Shown here: one piece after another, positions 29,215 through 38,840 of the stretch
Position numbering within the stretch: the first letter of the stretch is position 1
Layout of the letters: each line of letters opens with the position of its first letter
Source of the DNA: an uncultured Gammaproteobacteria bacterium
GTDB taxonomy: Bacteria; Patescibacteriota; Microgenomatia; Levybacterales; GWA1-39-11
Length of the DNA stretch: 64,000 bases
Assembly: GCA_964425075.1 (NCBI GenBank)
Contig: CAYRKM010000001.1
Location: 523,060 to 587,059 of the forward strand
Direction of reading: 5' to 3'
Translations under genes and position numbers: made by a program
Notes under the pieces: model-generated
Seen by the model: only the letters and a program-made list of their open reading frames with translations
The model's database searches: none
What the model was told of the DNA's origin: nothing

Positions 29215-30660
29215 ATGGACCCTAGTATATCTCAACCACAACCTGTACCTCAAGCGGAAAACACACAATCTCCCCCTGCGCCTCCCCCTCAACCACCAAC
29301 CGCTCCAAGTCCAATTGATCCATATTATGGAGACGAGAGCCCTAATAGAATTAAAAAATTACTAATTATTGCAGGTATTGCTGTTGGAGTTATTGTTTTA
29401 ATAATAATAATTCTTTTTGCAGTATCAAAAATAGGTGGGGGAAAGGATTCCGAAAATGTAAGTTTAACATATTGGGGGGTTTGGGAAGATGCTTCAGTAA
29501 TTCAACCAATTATTGATGATTATGAGCGTCAGCATCCCAATGTAAAAATAAATTATCAAAAACAAGATATTAAAAGTTTGGGCGACTATACAAAAAGACT
29601 TACAGCACGAATTGAAAAAGGGGATGGGCCTGACATTGTGCGCTATCATAGCAGCTGGGTCCCACAATTGAAATCATACCTTCTTCCGTTTCCAAAGAAT
29701 ATTGTTGAGAGTACAAAGTTAGAAACTGACTACTATAAAACTGTCCAGCGTGACATGAAATCAAGCGGGGCATATTACGGTATACCATTGGGAATTGATA
29801 CACTTTCGCTTTTTGTAAATACTACACTTTTAAAACAGATTGGTTCACCCCCACCTACTACCATGGATGATCTTGCATCGGTTGCTCGACAACTGACGGT
29901 TCCAGAGGATGGAAAAATAAGAACTTCTGGAGTTGCATTGGGAACATTTGATAACATTGCGCATGCTCCAGATATTATTTCGATGTTTATATTGCAAGAT
30001 GGTGGAGATTGGAGAAGGCCTGCAGGGTCTGCTAGAATTAGCACCGAACGTTCTCTAGAATTCTATACATATTTTTCTTCAGATAAAATTGATTCAAAAA
30101 CCTGGGACGACACTTTAGATAACTCAAAACTTGCATTCGCAAAAGGAAATCTGGGGTTATATTTTGGCTATTCCTGGGACATTTTTGAAATAAAGGCAAT
30201 TAATCCAGACCTTCAATTTAAAGTTGTAAAAGTTCCAAATGTTGCTGGAGGTCGCAAGAATACCGTTGCAAGTTATTGGGTTGAGGGAGTTAGTGCAAAA
30301 TCAAAAAGTCCAAAAGAATCGTTTGCATTTTTAGAATACCTTTCGAAACCAGAGACAATGCAAAAGCTATATGAACTTCAAACTAGGACTCGTTTGTTTG
30401 GTATCTTATACCCAAGACGCTCAATGGCCCCGCTCTTATCTTCAAATGAATTAATAAGTCCTTTTATAAGTCAAGCTGATGATGCTCAATCAACAGGTTT
30501 TTCTTCAGACACATATGATGGTGAGACTGGCATAAATACATTACTTAATGTATATTTAGGAAATGCAATTCGCTCAATTAACAACAGTACTTCTATTCAA
30601 TCGGCTGTTGATACGTTAGGAGAAGGAGTGAGGCAAGTTCTTGATCGTTATGGAGAATAA
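29215..30660 (+). CDS. Extracellular solute-binding protein (sugar-binding family 1), TM-anchored
   Basis: Pro-rich N-terminus, TM, LTYWGVWE, GPDIV, YGIPLGIDTLSLFVN, AFAKGNLG. Confidence 0.85.
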   Translation: MDPSISQPQPVPQAENTQSPPAPPPQPPTAPSPIDPYYGDESPNRIKKLLIIAGIAVGVIVLIIIILFAVSKIGGGKDSENVSLTYWGVWEDASVIQPIIDDYERQHPNVKINYQKQDIKSLGDYTKRLTARIEKGDGPDIVRYHSSWVPQLKSYLLPFPKNIVESTKLETDYYKTVQRDMKSSGAYYGIPLGIDTLSLFVNTTLLKQIGSPPPTTMDDLASVARQLTVPEDGKIRTSGVALGTFDNIAHAPDIISMFILQDGGDWRRPAGSARISTERSLEFYTYFSSDKIDSKTWDDTLDNSKLAFAKGNLGLYFGYSWDIFEIKAINPDLQFKVVKVPNVAGGRKNTVASYWVEGVSAKSKSPKESFAFLEYLSKPETMQKLYELQTRTRLFGILYPRRSMAPLLSSNELISPFISQADDAQSTGFSSDTYDGETGINTLLNVYLGNAIRSINNSTSIQSAVDTLGEGVRQVLDRYGE

Positions 30661-31597
30661 TTTACAGGAAAGCATTATAAATGCACTTACCTATTTTGAT
30701 ATTTTTGATTATCCCCTTACTTTAGTAGAGCTAAAAAAATATTGCGACACAAAAATTTCAATAAGCGACGACGAGTTTCTTGATATTTTAGATTCTATTT
30801 ACCTTGTTCAAGAGTCTCAAGGTTTTTATCATCTATTGGGACGAGAGAAAATTGTTGAAAAGAGACTTGTTAGAAGCGAGTTGAGTATTCAGAAAATGGC
30901 AAAAGCAAAAATAGCTGTAAAGATATTGTCAAAAATTCCGTTCATAAAGCTAATAGGTGTGAGTGGAAGCTTGTCAATGAATAATTCTCAAGACGATGAT
31001 GACATAGATCTGTTTTTTATTACACAGAGGAATTCGTTATGGATTGCTCGTTTATTGGTTTCAATGGTCTTATTGGGGGTTGGGCAAAAAAGAAAGAAGA
31101 AAGAGAAGTATGGTAAAAATAAAATTTGCCCAAATATGTTTTTGAGTGAAGACTCAATGTATTTTTCAAAAAAATCTCAAAATCTTTATATAGCTCATGA
31201 AGTTCTTCAACTTAAAGTTTTGTTTGATAAGAATAATACTCATCAAAAATTCTTAAATAAAAATAAGTGGATTGAGGGGATTTTGCCTAATGGTTATCAC
31301 CCCACTTTTGTAAGGAGCAAAAAAGGTTCATTTGTAGAAAAATTTACCAAAGCTTTAATACCAGTTAATCTGGTATTTTATTTAATGCAGAAATTTTATA
31401 TGTCACCACACCTTACTATTGAAAGAGTTAATAGGAAATCTGCTTTTTTTCATCCTGTTGATAAAGGTAAGATAATTCTTGATCTTTTTGCACTTAAATC
31501 TAAAATAAATATTGATCGGTATTTTTCAAATCAATGGCTTGGACCGGACGAGGCAAAATTTTACTTTGATGATAAGAAAATGAGGATTTTGAACTAA
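30650..31597 (+). CDS. Hypothetical protein with Pol-beta-like nucleotidyltransferase motif
   Basis: GVSGSLS...DDDIDLF (GS..DxD); N-terminal YFDIFDYPLT. Confidence 0.7.
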   Translation: MENNLQESIINALTYFDIFDYPLTLVELKKYCDTKISISDDEFLDILDSIYLVQESQGFYHLLGREKIVEKRLVRSELSIQKMAKAKIAVKILSKIPFIKLIGVSGSLSMNNSQDDDDIDLFFITQRNSLWIARLLVSMVLLGVGQKRKKKEKYGKNKICPNMFLSEDSMYFSKKSQNLYIAHEVLQLKVLFDKNNTHQKFLNKNKWIEGILPNGYHPTFVRSKKGSFVEKFTKALIPVNLVFYLMQKFYMSPHLTIERVNRKSAFFHPVDKGKIILDLFALKSKINIDRYFSNQWLGPDEAKFYFDDKKMRILN

Positions 31598-31609
31598 AAC
31601 TCCAGGATA

Positions 31610-31638
31610 TTGACATGGTTTTCCGTTTACTGTATAGT
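31610..31638 (+). promoter_or_regulatory. Sigma70 promoter of greA
   Basis: TTGACA 31610-31615, 17-nt spacer, TATAGT 31633-31638. Confidence 0.8.
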
Positions 31639-31649
31639 ACCTGCATAAA

Positions 31650-31705
31650 GCTTTACATTTCCCTCAACCGACTTTGCGAGGGATTATTGTAAGCAATTTT
31701 TTTTT
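31650..31705 (+). terminator. Leader terminator/attenuator in the greA 5' UTR
   Basis: GCTTTACA..TCCCTC / GAGGGA..TGTAAGC stem followed by T9 (31697-31705) between promoter and ATG. Confidence 0.6.
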
Positions 31706-31722
31706 AAGAAAACAATCCGAAT

Positions 31723-32199
31723 ATGGACAACAAGAAAAAAATATTTGTCACCAAACAAGGTCTTGAGGAGCTTAAAAATGAGCTAAAAGACCTTGAAAAA
31801 GTAAAGAGACCTCAGGTCCTAGAGAGGGTTTCGGCAGCCCGTGCTATGGGAGATCTTTCTGAAAATTCAGAATATACGGCAGCTCGGGAGGAATTGTCTT
31901 TGATGGATGGTAGGATTGAGGAGCTTCAGGAAATTCTCAAAAAAGCAGAGATTATTGCTGAAAAAGGAGCATCAAAAGGTAATTCAAAAGTTCAGCTCGG
32001 GTCAAGTGTGACAGTTAAGATTAATGGCAAACAAGAGGTTTTCAACCTCGTTGGTGAATGGGAAGCAGATCCACATGAGAAAAAAATCTCTCATGAGTCC
32101 CCCCTTGGCCAGGCTTTATTAGGGAAAGCAGTAGGAGAGAAAGTTGACGTTGATGCACCAGCAGGTAAGATAACTTATCACATCGTAGCAATCGGCTAA
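31723..32199 (+). CDS. greA: Transcription elongation factor GreA
   Basis: ARAMGDLSENSEYTAARE, ISHESPLGQALLG. Confidence 0.97.
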   Translation: MDNKKKIFVTKQGLEELKNELKDLEKVKRPQVLERVSAARAMGDLSENSEYTAAREELSLMDGRIEELQEILKKAEIIAEKGASKGNSKVQLGSSVTVKINGKQEVFNLVGEWEADPHEKKISHESPLGQALLGKAVGEKVDVDAPAGKITYHIVAIG

Positions 32200-32219
32200 A
32201 AAAGCCTTTTTCTACGATG

Positions 32220-32244
32220 ACCCCGATTAAATCGGGGTTTTTTT
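32220..32244 (+). terminator. Intrinsic terminator after greA
   Basis: CCCCGAT-TAA-ATCGGGG followed by T7. Confidence 0.85.
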
Positions 32245-32277
32245 GTATTTAGAGCTTAATGACCGTATAATTACATT

Positions 32278-33771
32278 ATGTTTTGGGCTGATAAAATTTT
32301 AGAAAACCGTGAAGGTAAAGAATGGATTAACGATGCCTGGACCCCCTCCGGAATTGTTCATATGGGTTCAGTTAAAGGTCCTGTAATCCATGATGCTTTG
32401 TTTAAAATTTGTAAAGAAAAAGGAAGAGAGAGCAAATTTACATTTGGATTTGATGATCTAGACCCAATCGATGGTTTACCTGAATCATTACAGGAAAAAC
32501 TAGGGGAATATATGGGTATTCCCATCTGCAACGCTCCTTCCCCTGATGGAAAAGGCACATTTGGACAATATTTTGCCAAAATGTTCGAGGAAATATTTGA
32601 AAAATTAGGAATTGAAGCTGAGATTTATCTTGCTTCTGATTACTATAAAAAAGGAAAGTACGATGAAGCAATTAGGTTTGTTTTGGATAATGCAGATAAA
32701 GTAAGAAAAGTGTATTCAGAGATGTACCACAAGGAAATTGCAAATGATTGGTTCCCATTGCAAATTATTTGTCCTAATTGTGGAAAGTTAGGAACTACAA
32801 GGGTAACTTCTTGGGATGGTAAAGAGGTGGAGTATGAGTGTTCTCCTACGCTTGTTAAGTGGGCTCAGGGGTGTGACAGTAGCGGAAAAATTTCCCCATT
32901 TGGTGGTAATGGCAAAATGCCTTTTAAGGTTGAATGGGCTGCGAAGTGGTGGACATTTGGGGTAACAATTGAAGGCGCTGGAAAAGACCACGCCTCAGCA
33001 GGTGGTACATATGATGTGGCAAGAAAAATAATAAAAGATGTTTTTGGTAAAGAGCCTCCGTTGCGACTTCCTTATGAGTTTTTTCTTTACGATGGTAAAA
33101 AAATGTCATCTTCAAAAGGATTGGGACTTACTGCACACGAATTATTAGAAGTTATATCACCACAAATGTTTAGGTTTCTGATGCTTAAAACAGAACCAAA
33201 CAGTACTGTTGAATTCAACCCATTTGGTACGCAAATTATCCCAAAGCTATATGAGGATTACTTCAGAGCTGCAGAAGAGCATAAGAGTGGATTAGGAAGT
33301 GATTTGGCACGTAGTTTTGAGCTTTCACAAGTTGGAAAAACTATTTATCCTCCAAAGTTTAGGTTTTTAACACTTTCTCAGTGGGTGCAGATGCCAAATA
33401 TGGATGGTGAGATTGAAAAAGAAGGACTATCTGAATGGGCACAATATGCGAAAGTTTGGATTGAAAAATATGCACCTGAAAACGACAAGTTTCTTATCCA
33501 AAAAGAACTACCTGACTTATCGGGTTTAAGTAATGAGCAAAAGGAATACTTAGCATCCCTCGTTTCACTGTTTGAAACTGAGCTTACAGGCGAAGAGCTT
33601 CAGGCAGCCGTGTATGAAAAATCAAAAGAAAAAGGGATAAGTTCAATGGACGCTTTTAAAGCTATTTATGCAGCATTTTTGGGCAAAGATCATGGGCCAA
33701 AAGCAGCATGGCTACTTCAAAGTTTGGATAGAGATTTTGTAAAGGAGAGACTTCAAGAAGCCTCAAAATAA
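32278..33771 (+). CDS. lysS: Lysine--tRNA ligase, class I
   Basis: MFWAD, TPSGIVHMG (HIGH), CPNCGK, KVEWAAKW, EGAGKDH, KMSSSKG (KMSKS). Confidence 0.95.
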   Translation: MFWADKILENREGKEWINDAWTPSGIVHMGSVKGPVIHDALFKICKEKGRESKFTFGFDDLDPIDGLPESLQEKLGEYMGIPICNAPSPDGKGTFGQYFAKMFEEIFEKLGIEAEIYLASDYYKKGKYDEAIRFVLDNADKVRKVYSEMYHKEIANDWFPLQIICPNCGKLGTTRVTSWDGKEVEYECSPTLVKWAQGCDSSGKISPFGGNGKMPFKVEWAAKWWTFGVTIEGAGKDHASAGGTYDVARKIIKDVFGKEPPLRLPYEFFLYDGKKMSSSKGLGLTAHELLEVISPQMFRFLMLKTEPNSTVEFNPFGTQIIPKLYEDYFRAAEEHKSGLGSDLARSFELSQVGKTIYPPKFRFLTLSQWVQMPNMDGEIEKEGLSEWAQYAKVWIEKYAPENDKFLIQKELPDLSGLSNEQKEYLASLVSLFETELTGEELQAAVYEKSKEKGISSMDAFKAIYAAFLGKDHGPKAAWLLQSLDRDFVKERLQEASK

Positions 33772-34317
33772 ATGGAACCACTTAATTTTGTAACCGGAAA
33801 TAAAAATAAAGCAAGGGAAGCCCAAACAATACTTCAAATTCCAATCAATATCGTTGATTTAGAGCTTGATGAGGTGCAGAGCATGGATTTGGAGTATGTT
33901 GCAAGGAAAAAGGCAGAAGAGGCATTTAAAATCGTTGGAAAGCCTATCATGGTTGATGATGTGGGTGTGTTTATAGACGCGTGGAATTCTTTCCCTGGTC
34001 CTTTTGCAAAATATGTCTACGAATATATCGGAAACCAAAAACTCTTAACGCTTCTGAAAGGTGAAGAGAATAGGGCGGTTAGTGTTGTAGCAATTATTGC
34101 GTATTACGACGGAGAGAATATGCACCTTTTTAAAGGAGAAATGAAGGGTACCATATCAACTGAAGAACGTGGTGGTCAGGGATGGGGATATGATCCAATT
34201 GTGATACCTGAGGGAGAAGAAAAGACCCTTGCAGAACTTGGTATTGAGCATAAAAATCATCACTCACATCGTGCATTAGCGCTTAAAAAATTCAGAAAAT
34301 TCTTGGAATCCAAGTAA
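33772..34317 (+). CDS. rdgB: Non-canonical purine NTP pyrophosphatase (RdgB/HAM1)
   Basis: VTGNKNK, VDDVG, FPGPFAK, GWGYDPI, SHRALA. Confidence 0.93.
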   Translation: MEPLNFVTGNKNKAREAQTILQIPINIVDLELDEVQSMDLEYVARKKAEEAFKIVGKPIMVDDVGVFIDAWNSFPGPFAKYVYEYIGNQKLLTLLKGEENRAVSVVAIIAYYDGENMHLFKGEMKGTISTEERGGQGWGYDPIVIPEGEEKTLAELGIEHKNHHSHRALALKKFRKFLESK

Positions 34318-34325
34318 ATAACCAC

Positions 34326-34350
34326 AAAAAAACAGCGTCTCCGCTGTTTT
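34326..34350. terminator. Bidirectional intrinsic terminator between rdgB and the major pilin gene
   Basis: AAAAAAACAGCG-TCTC-CGCTGTTTT between convergent genes. Confidence 0.75.
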
Positions 34351-34368
34351 AAATAAATCCTATTTTTG

Positions 34369-34830
34369 TTATCGAGTGACTGAAATTACTTGAGATAATT
34401 CTGCGTCTGGTGCACTTACTGTGACGCGGCTGTTGGTTGTTGAGCGTACAATCTCGTATTGTGTGTCATAGTCTGTGCAGTCTGTGAATGCACCTGTTTG
34501 AGGGTCAACAGGTAGTTGTGCAATGTAGGTAGGAACAAGAGCTGAACAGATATCTACGCCTGCGTTGGAAATATTTCCTGCTCCAGCAGTTGTATCTGGG
34601 ATACCTAGAGCTGATAGATCTCCGTTATTATCAACAGAATATTGTCCAACTGCATTAAGAATAGCATTTACATCAGAACTTCTTTGAGTATTATTTGCTT
34701 GTGAGAATTGTCGTGCTGGATTAATTGCAATAAGAGTAATAGCAAGAAGAACTGCGAGGATCCCAATAACAACCAAAAGTTCGATGAGCGTAAATCCTTT
34801 TTGGTTTTTTATTCTGAATAACTTCTTCAT
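34369..34830 (-). CDS. Type IV major pilin-like protein
   Basis: KG/FTLIELLVVIGIL prepilin motif, INPARQ, LPVDP, Cys pair; has its own upstream intergenic region. Confidence 0.92.
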   Translation of the reverse strand: MKKLFRIKNQKGFTLIELLVVIGILAVLLAITLIAINPARQFSQANNTQRSSDVNAILNAVGQYSVDNNGDLSALGIPDTTAGAGNISNAGVDICSALVPTYIAQLPVDPQTGAFTDCTDYDTQYEIVRSTTNSRVTVSAPDAELSQVISVTR

Positions 34831-34915
34831 GGGCAGATATTTAATCTATATTCATCATATCTATAATAATTTATTCTTGTCAATAGGGTATTTTGAAGCT
34901 AACTATATCAAAATA

Positions 34916-35977
34916 CTATCGTGAAAGAGTAATCACGACATGGAATTGACTAACTGGAGAGGTTTGGGTGGTTACATTGGTATCTATTGCTTTAAGCACC
35001 TCCAGTATGTTTTGTTGTATGCTGCTTGATACTGTCGGATCAAAAACTACTATTGTTTTGCTTCCCAATGTTACGTTTTTCGTATCCAATTCGATATTTT
35101 GAAAATTAAGTTCGCTTAGGGATGTTTGAAGTTTTCCAAATCTTTGTAGATCGCTTGTTCTAACTTGAATTTTGGTTTCGGTAGGTAGGGTTATAGATTT
35201 TGCAATTGGGGCAGTAGGACTCACTGACGCGACTTGTACTGGCTTGGCTGGAGTTGGTTTTTGAGCTATATTTTTTGAGTTAGCTGAATTTGTAACTGTA
35301 TAAACCACAATAAGAACGCCAACAAGGGCTACAAATACTGCAGAAAGAATTATTGTCCTTTTGTTTTTTGGATTCTTTAAAAAAGGCATATCTTCCGTGT
35401 TTTTTTGTTCTGGTTCAGAAATAGTGGTAGCTTTTTCTTCGGAAATGAAGCTGTATTCTTTTATCTGCTCAGTTTTTTTAAGAGCTTCTTCAGCAACTTG
35501 CCTTGTAAAACCGTTAGTAACATCTATGCCCTGAAGAATGAAATATGAAATAGATGCATAAGAAAGCATGTTTCCATTTTTTTGAAAACCCTCAACTATG
35601 CAGTCAATAAGCGCAGAATTGGTTGCAAAAACCATCATACTTTCTTTGGACTTAATTTCTTTTACAATCGTATATTCGAAGGGAACACTTGAGATAAATG
35701 TTTTTATAACATCAACTTGTTTATCAAGAGGAATGTTTTTTATTTCCTTTCCAAATATCAAATCATCATAAATTAACATCGTAAATGTTACTCCAGTTAT
35801 GTTATTTGTCTGGGAAAAAAGTGCGAGTTGGTTGATGAGTTCTTGATTATTAACTACATCCATATCCTGCACTATAGTGGGGGGGAATGCATAATGGATG
35901 ATATCTCCAATTTCAGGAAGATATAGATCAATGCTGTTTTTGGTTAAAAAAATCAAACCAGTTTTCTTTGTTGCCAT
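34916..35977 (-). CDS. Hypothetical pilus-cluster protein (cytoplasmic domain, one TM, small extracellular domain; possibly PilM/PilN analog)
   Basis: Last gene of the pilus operon; one TM near aa 210-228; function inferred from context only. Confidence 0.6.
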   Translation of the reverse strand: MATKKTGLIFLTKNSIDLYLPEIGDIIHYAFPPTIVQDMDVVNNQELINQLALFSQTNNITGVTFTMLIYDDLIFGKEIKNIPLDKQVDVIKTFISSVPFEYTIVKEIKSKESMMVFATNSALIDCIVEGFQKNGNMLSYASISYFILQGIDVTNGFTRQVAEEALKKTEQIKEYSFISEEKATTISEPEQKNTEDMPFLKNPKNKRTIILSAVFVALVGVLIVVYTVTNSANSKNIAQKPTPAKPVQVASVSPTAPIAKSITLPTETKIQVRTSDLQRFGKLQTSLSELNFQNIELDTKNVTLGSKTIVVFDPTVSSSIQQNILEVLKAIDTNVTTQTSPVSQFHVVITLSR

Positions 35978-35986
35978 ATAAATAGT

Positions 35987-36376
35987 TTAGTAAATTTCCC
36001 CCATCGATGTAACTGTTAGTATTTCGTCGGTATATGTAGCTTGCGCTTCTACAGTTCTTATTGAGTCACCTACTGTTGATGTTGAATTTATAGTATAGAT
36101 TCCTGCGTTGTTTGTCACACTTACTACTACTTCTCCTTCAGGAAGGTCAAGAGTTTCCCCAGCATAATTTGGATTTCTAAGTATTTGCATCAGAGCATTT
36201 TCAATTCCACTTTCAGCAATATAATAGCTTTGGGTGCTTTCTGAGAAACGAGTTACATTCAATAAATTATTAAATAAAACAATCACTGCAGCAGTAGTTA
36301 CTATTGTAGAGATAGCCACAAAGAAAAGAAGTGTTATAAGTGCGTGTCCTTTTGATTTGTTTGTGTGTATTTTCAT
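35987..36376 (-). CDS. Minor pilin, PilX-like
   Basis: KG/HALITLL without Glu5; SYYIAESGIENAL. Confidence 0.8.
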   Translation of the reverse strand: MKIHTNKSKGHALITLLFFVAISTIVTTAAVIVLFNNLLNVTRFSESTQSYYIAESGIENALMQILRNPNYAGETLDLPEGEVVVSVTNNAGIYTINSTSTVGDSIRTVEAQATYTDEILTVTSMGEIY

Positions 36377-36867
36377 CGTGTTGCAACTGCGGTATGAACA
36401 TGTATTTGCTCAGGTTGTCCTCTTAATTTTGCTTGGCTATCAAGATTAAAGTCTATTACTATACTGTGATTTCCTCCAGTATTTCCTATGCGAAGAAATG
36501 AAATATTCAAAAAAGCACTTCCAGTACTATTGAGCTGATGTGTACCGCTATTATTTGATAGTTCTAAATTTCCTGAATTAAGTGAATAGGTGTAAGTTTC
36601 TCCCCCAATATCAAGTTGTAGGCTTGAGGTTTGCATTCCAGTCTCAGATGGTACGACAATATCATCTGCTCTATGGATATCATATGTCAATCTCTCAACA
36701 ATAAATCGTGAATCTTGTTGAATTATTGATGTTGTATCTGATTCGACTTGAACATCAAGAACAGACGTAAAAATGCTTGTGGTTACATACATAAAAATGC
36801 TAAATACGGCAACGTAAACGATAAGTTCCATAAGCGCGAACCCTCTTTTGTTAGAATAATTTTTCAT
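36373..36867 (-). CDS. Minor pilin, PilW/GspJ-like
   Basis: RG/FALMELIVY; ERLTYDIHRA. Confidence 0.82.
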   Translation of the reverse strand: MKNYSNKRGFALMELIVYVAVFSIFMYVTTSIFTSVLDVQVESDTTSIIQQDSRFIVERLTYDIHRADDIVVPSETGMQTSSLQLDIGGETYTYSLNSGNLELSNNSGTHQLNSTGSAFLNISFLRIGNTGGNHSIVIDFNLDSQAKLRGQPEQIHVHTAVATR

Positions 36868-38840
36868 AGTGAATAATTGACGGTTACATCATGTAATATT
36901 GGTGAAATCAAAATATCTGATGTTGAAAAAATTGCTTTATATTTAAAACATTGGCTTGGATTTATGTAATTTCCATTTGAAATATAGGGAATTATTCCTG
37001 AAATTGACGTTTCGTTACCTGTAAAGTAGGTGCCAGACGTTCCATCTGGACCAACAAATGAATAATTTGCGCCACTACAGCTACCACTAACTGCATTTGC
37101 TACTGCGACTTGCATTTGGATATTGGTATCGTCAGGTTTGGTTACTGTTGCGCTAAATCTATTGAACGCACTTGAAAGAAGGGCATCATATGGGGCAGAG
37201 GTGAAGGTTCCATTTACTGAAAATTGCCCCCCCGGTCCACCTTCAATGATTTTTAACTCTGCAGTTGCGTCTCCTGTAACAATATAAGAATAGGCATCTC
37301 CATCTGCCTCAAGGACAGAGGACACACCTTTTACTCCCGTATCTATTTGAAGGCCCCCACACCTTGATGGACTTGCCTCATTTGAAATATCAATAACCTG
37401 ATATTCTTCTCCACCAGTTCCTACTAGAATTGCTTTATTTCCGGGAACAACGGAAATTCCCAATGGACTCATTCCATTTGCTTCATAGCTCCCAACAATC
37501 GGTCTGTTTCCGGTTTTTGTAGAAGTATTTATAATAAAGAATTCTCTTTTTGACGCATCAGCACTAGTTGCAAGATAGGCACGAGTTCCAGTTGAATTCA
37601 CATGAACTTCCTTTCCTCCAGCACTATTTACATCGGCAGTTCCCACCTCTCTTAAGTCATCGGGATTACTTACATCAACTATTGAAAGTTCCTTAAAAGA
37701 ATTTCCATCAACAGCAATGTACGCATAATTTCCGCTCACCCACATTTTTTTTGCGGTACCAAAAATTGTGATAAGTAAGCTATCTCTTATTGGTCGACTT
37801 CCCGTTTTACTTGAAAGGTCAAAGGCATACAGAACATTTCCGGTAGTAAGATACCCAACGTTACCAACTACAAATATTCCATTTCCTGACTGGTTAAAAG
37901 GAGGGTTCATATATCCCGCTTCAGAATATGGATTGGTTGATAAATCAACAATAACTCCTTCTTTAGAGTTAGTATCAGTCGCAAGATAAGCATAATTTGC
38001 ATCTCCAAATACAGCATTTGTTTTATAGCTGTTAAATGTTCCACTTACAGTTGCTGCTGGCGGATCTGTATTGGCAACAGTGACATTTGCAAAAGAAACA
38101 CCAGAAGCATTATCTCCAGTTCCTGCAAAAACCCTACCTTCAATAGCGCTCACTGCATTAGCAACACCGCTTTTTGGAAGGTCAAGTGCTGTAATAGATA
38201 GATTTGGGTCACACCAATTTCCTCCTCCTCCAGCGCCAAGAATAATTTCACCATCATCAACAATACTGCTTCCATTTGTTGATGTGACAACCGTTGAAGA
38301 TTGTGTACCAGCATTAAAATGGGTTTGGGTAGTGTGTTCGTATGCAGCATTTTCGTGTCTAGTAATATAACTGGTGCTAGTAACCGATGAAGGATATGGA
38401 TTTTCCCAAGAAAGTGTGACAAGAACCTTTTTTGTAGAAGGGTCCAATATTTCTGATCCTCCAGGATTTTGAACAATAGTACCGCTAGAATTTCTGTATA
38501 CATTTTGAATGTCAATTGTTCGCGTATACTGGCTATCAAGTAGTTCGCTTCCAGAAGTAAGTGCCCAAGTATTTCCAGATATTGTAGGGTGATAAGTTCC
38601 ATTTGTTGAAACATTGCTCCAATTTTCCTTGATTACTCTTATTGCCTCTTCCCCCTCTCGAAGGTAACCAACTGCTTTTAAGCGTTGAACTGCTTGGTCA
38701 CGTCCATCGCGGGATGCTACGAGACTTGTTAGGAGTGGAGGAAGAATAACAGCCGCAAGTCCAATAGCCAGCAAAAGTTCAACCAAAGACTGGCCGCGCT
38801 GAGATAAGATATTTTTTTTGAATCTATTCAATAGCCCCAT
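36864..38840 (-). CDS. Large pilin-like protein with LVIVD-type beta-propeller repeats (putative adhesin)
   Basis: RG/QSLVELLLAI; repeats such as NYAYLAT..EGVIVDLS, GNYAYIA..ELSIVDVSNP, RAYLAT..EFFIINTS. Confidence 0.82.
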   Translation of the reverse strand: MGLLNRFKKNILSQRGQSLVELLLAIGLAAVILPPLLTSLVASRDGRDQAVQRLKAVGYLREGEEAIRVIKENWSNVSTNGTYHPTISGNTWALTSGSELLDSQYTRTIDIQNVYRNSSGTIVQNPGGSEILDPSTKKVLVTLSWENPYPSSVTSTSYITRHENAAYEHTTQTHFNAGTQSSTVVTSTNGSSIVDDGEIILGAGGGGNWCDPNLSITALDLPKSGVANAVSAIEGRVFAGTGDNASGVSFANVTVANTDPPAATVSGTFNSYKTNAVFGDANYAYLATDTNSKEGVIVDLSTNPYSEAGYMNPPFNQSGNGIFVVGNVGYLTTGNVLYAFDLSSKTGSRPIRDSLLITIFGTAKKMWVSGNYAYIAVDGNSFKELSIVDVSNPDDLREVGTADVNSAGGKEVHVNSTGTRAYLATSADASKREFFIINTSTKTGNRPIVGSYEANGMSPLGISVVPGNKAILVGTGGEEYQVIDISNEASPSRCGGLQIDTGVKGVSSVLEADGDAYSYIVTGDATAELKIIEGGPGGQFSVNGTFTSAPYDALLSSAFNRFSATVTKPDDTNIQMQVAVANAVSGSCSGANYSFVGPDGTSGTYFTGNETSISGIIPYISNGNYINPSQCFKYKAIFSTSDILISPILHDVTVNYSL

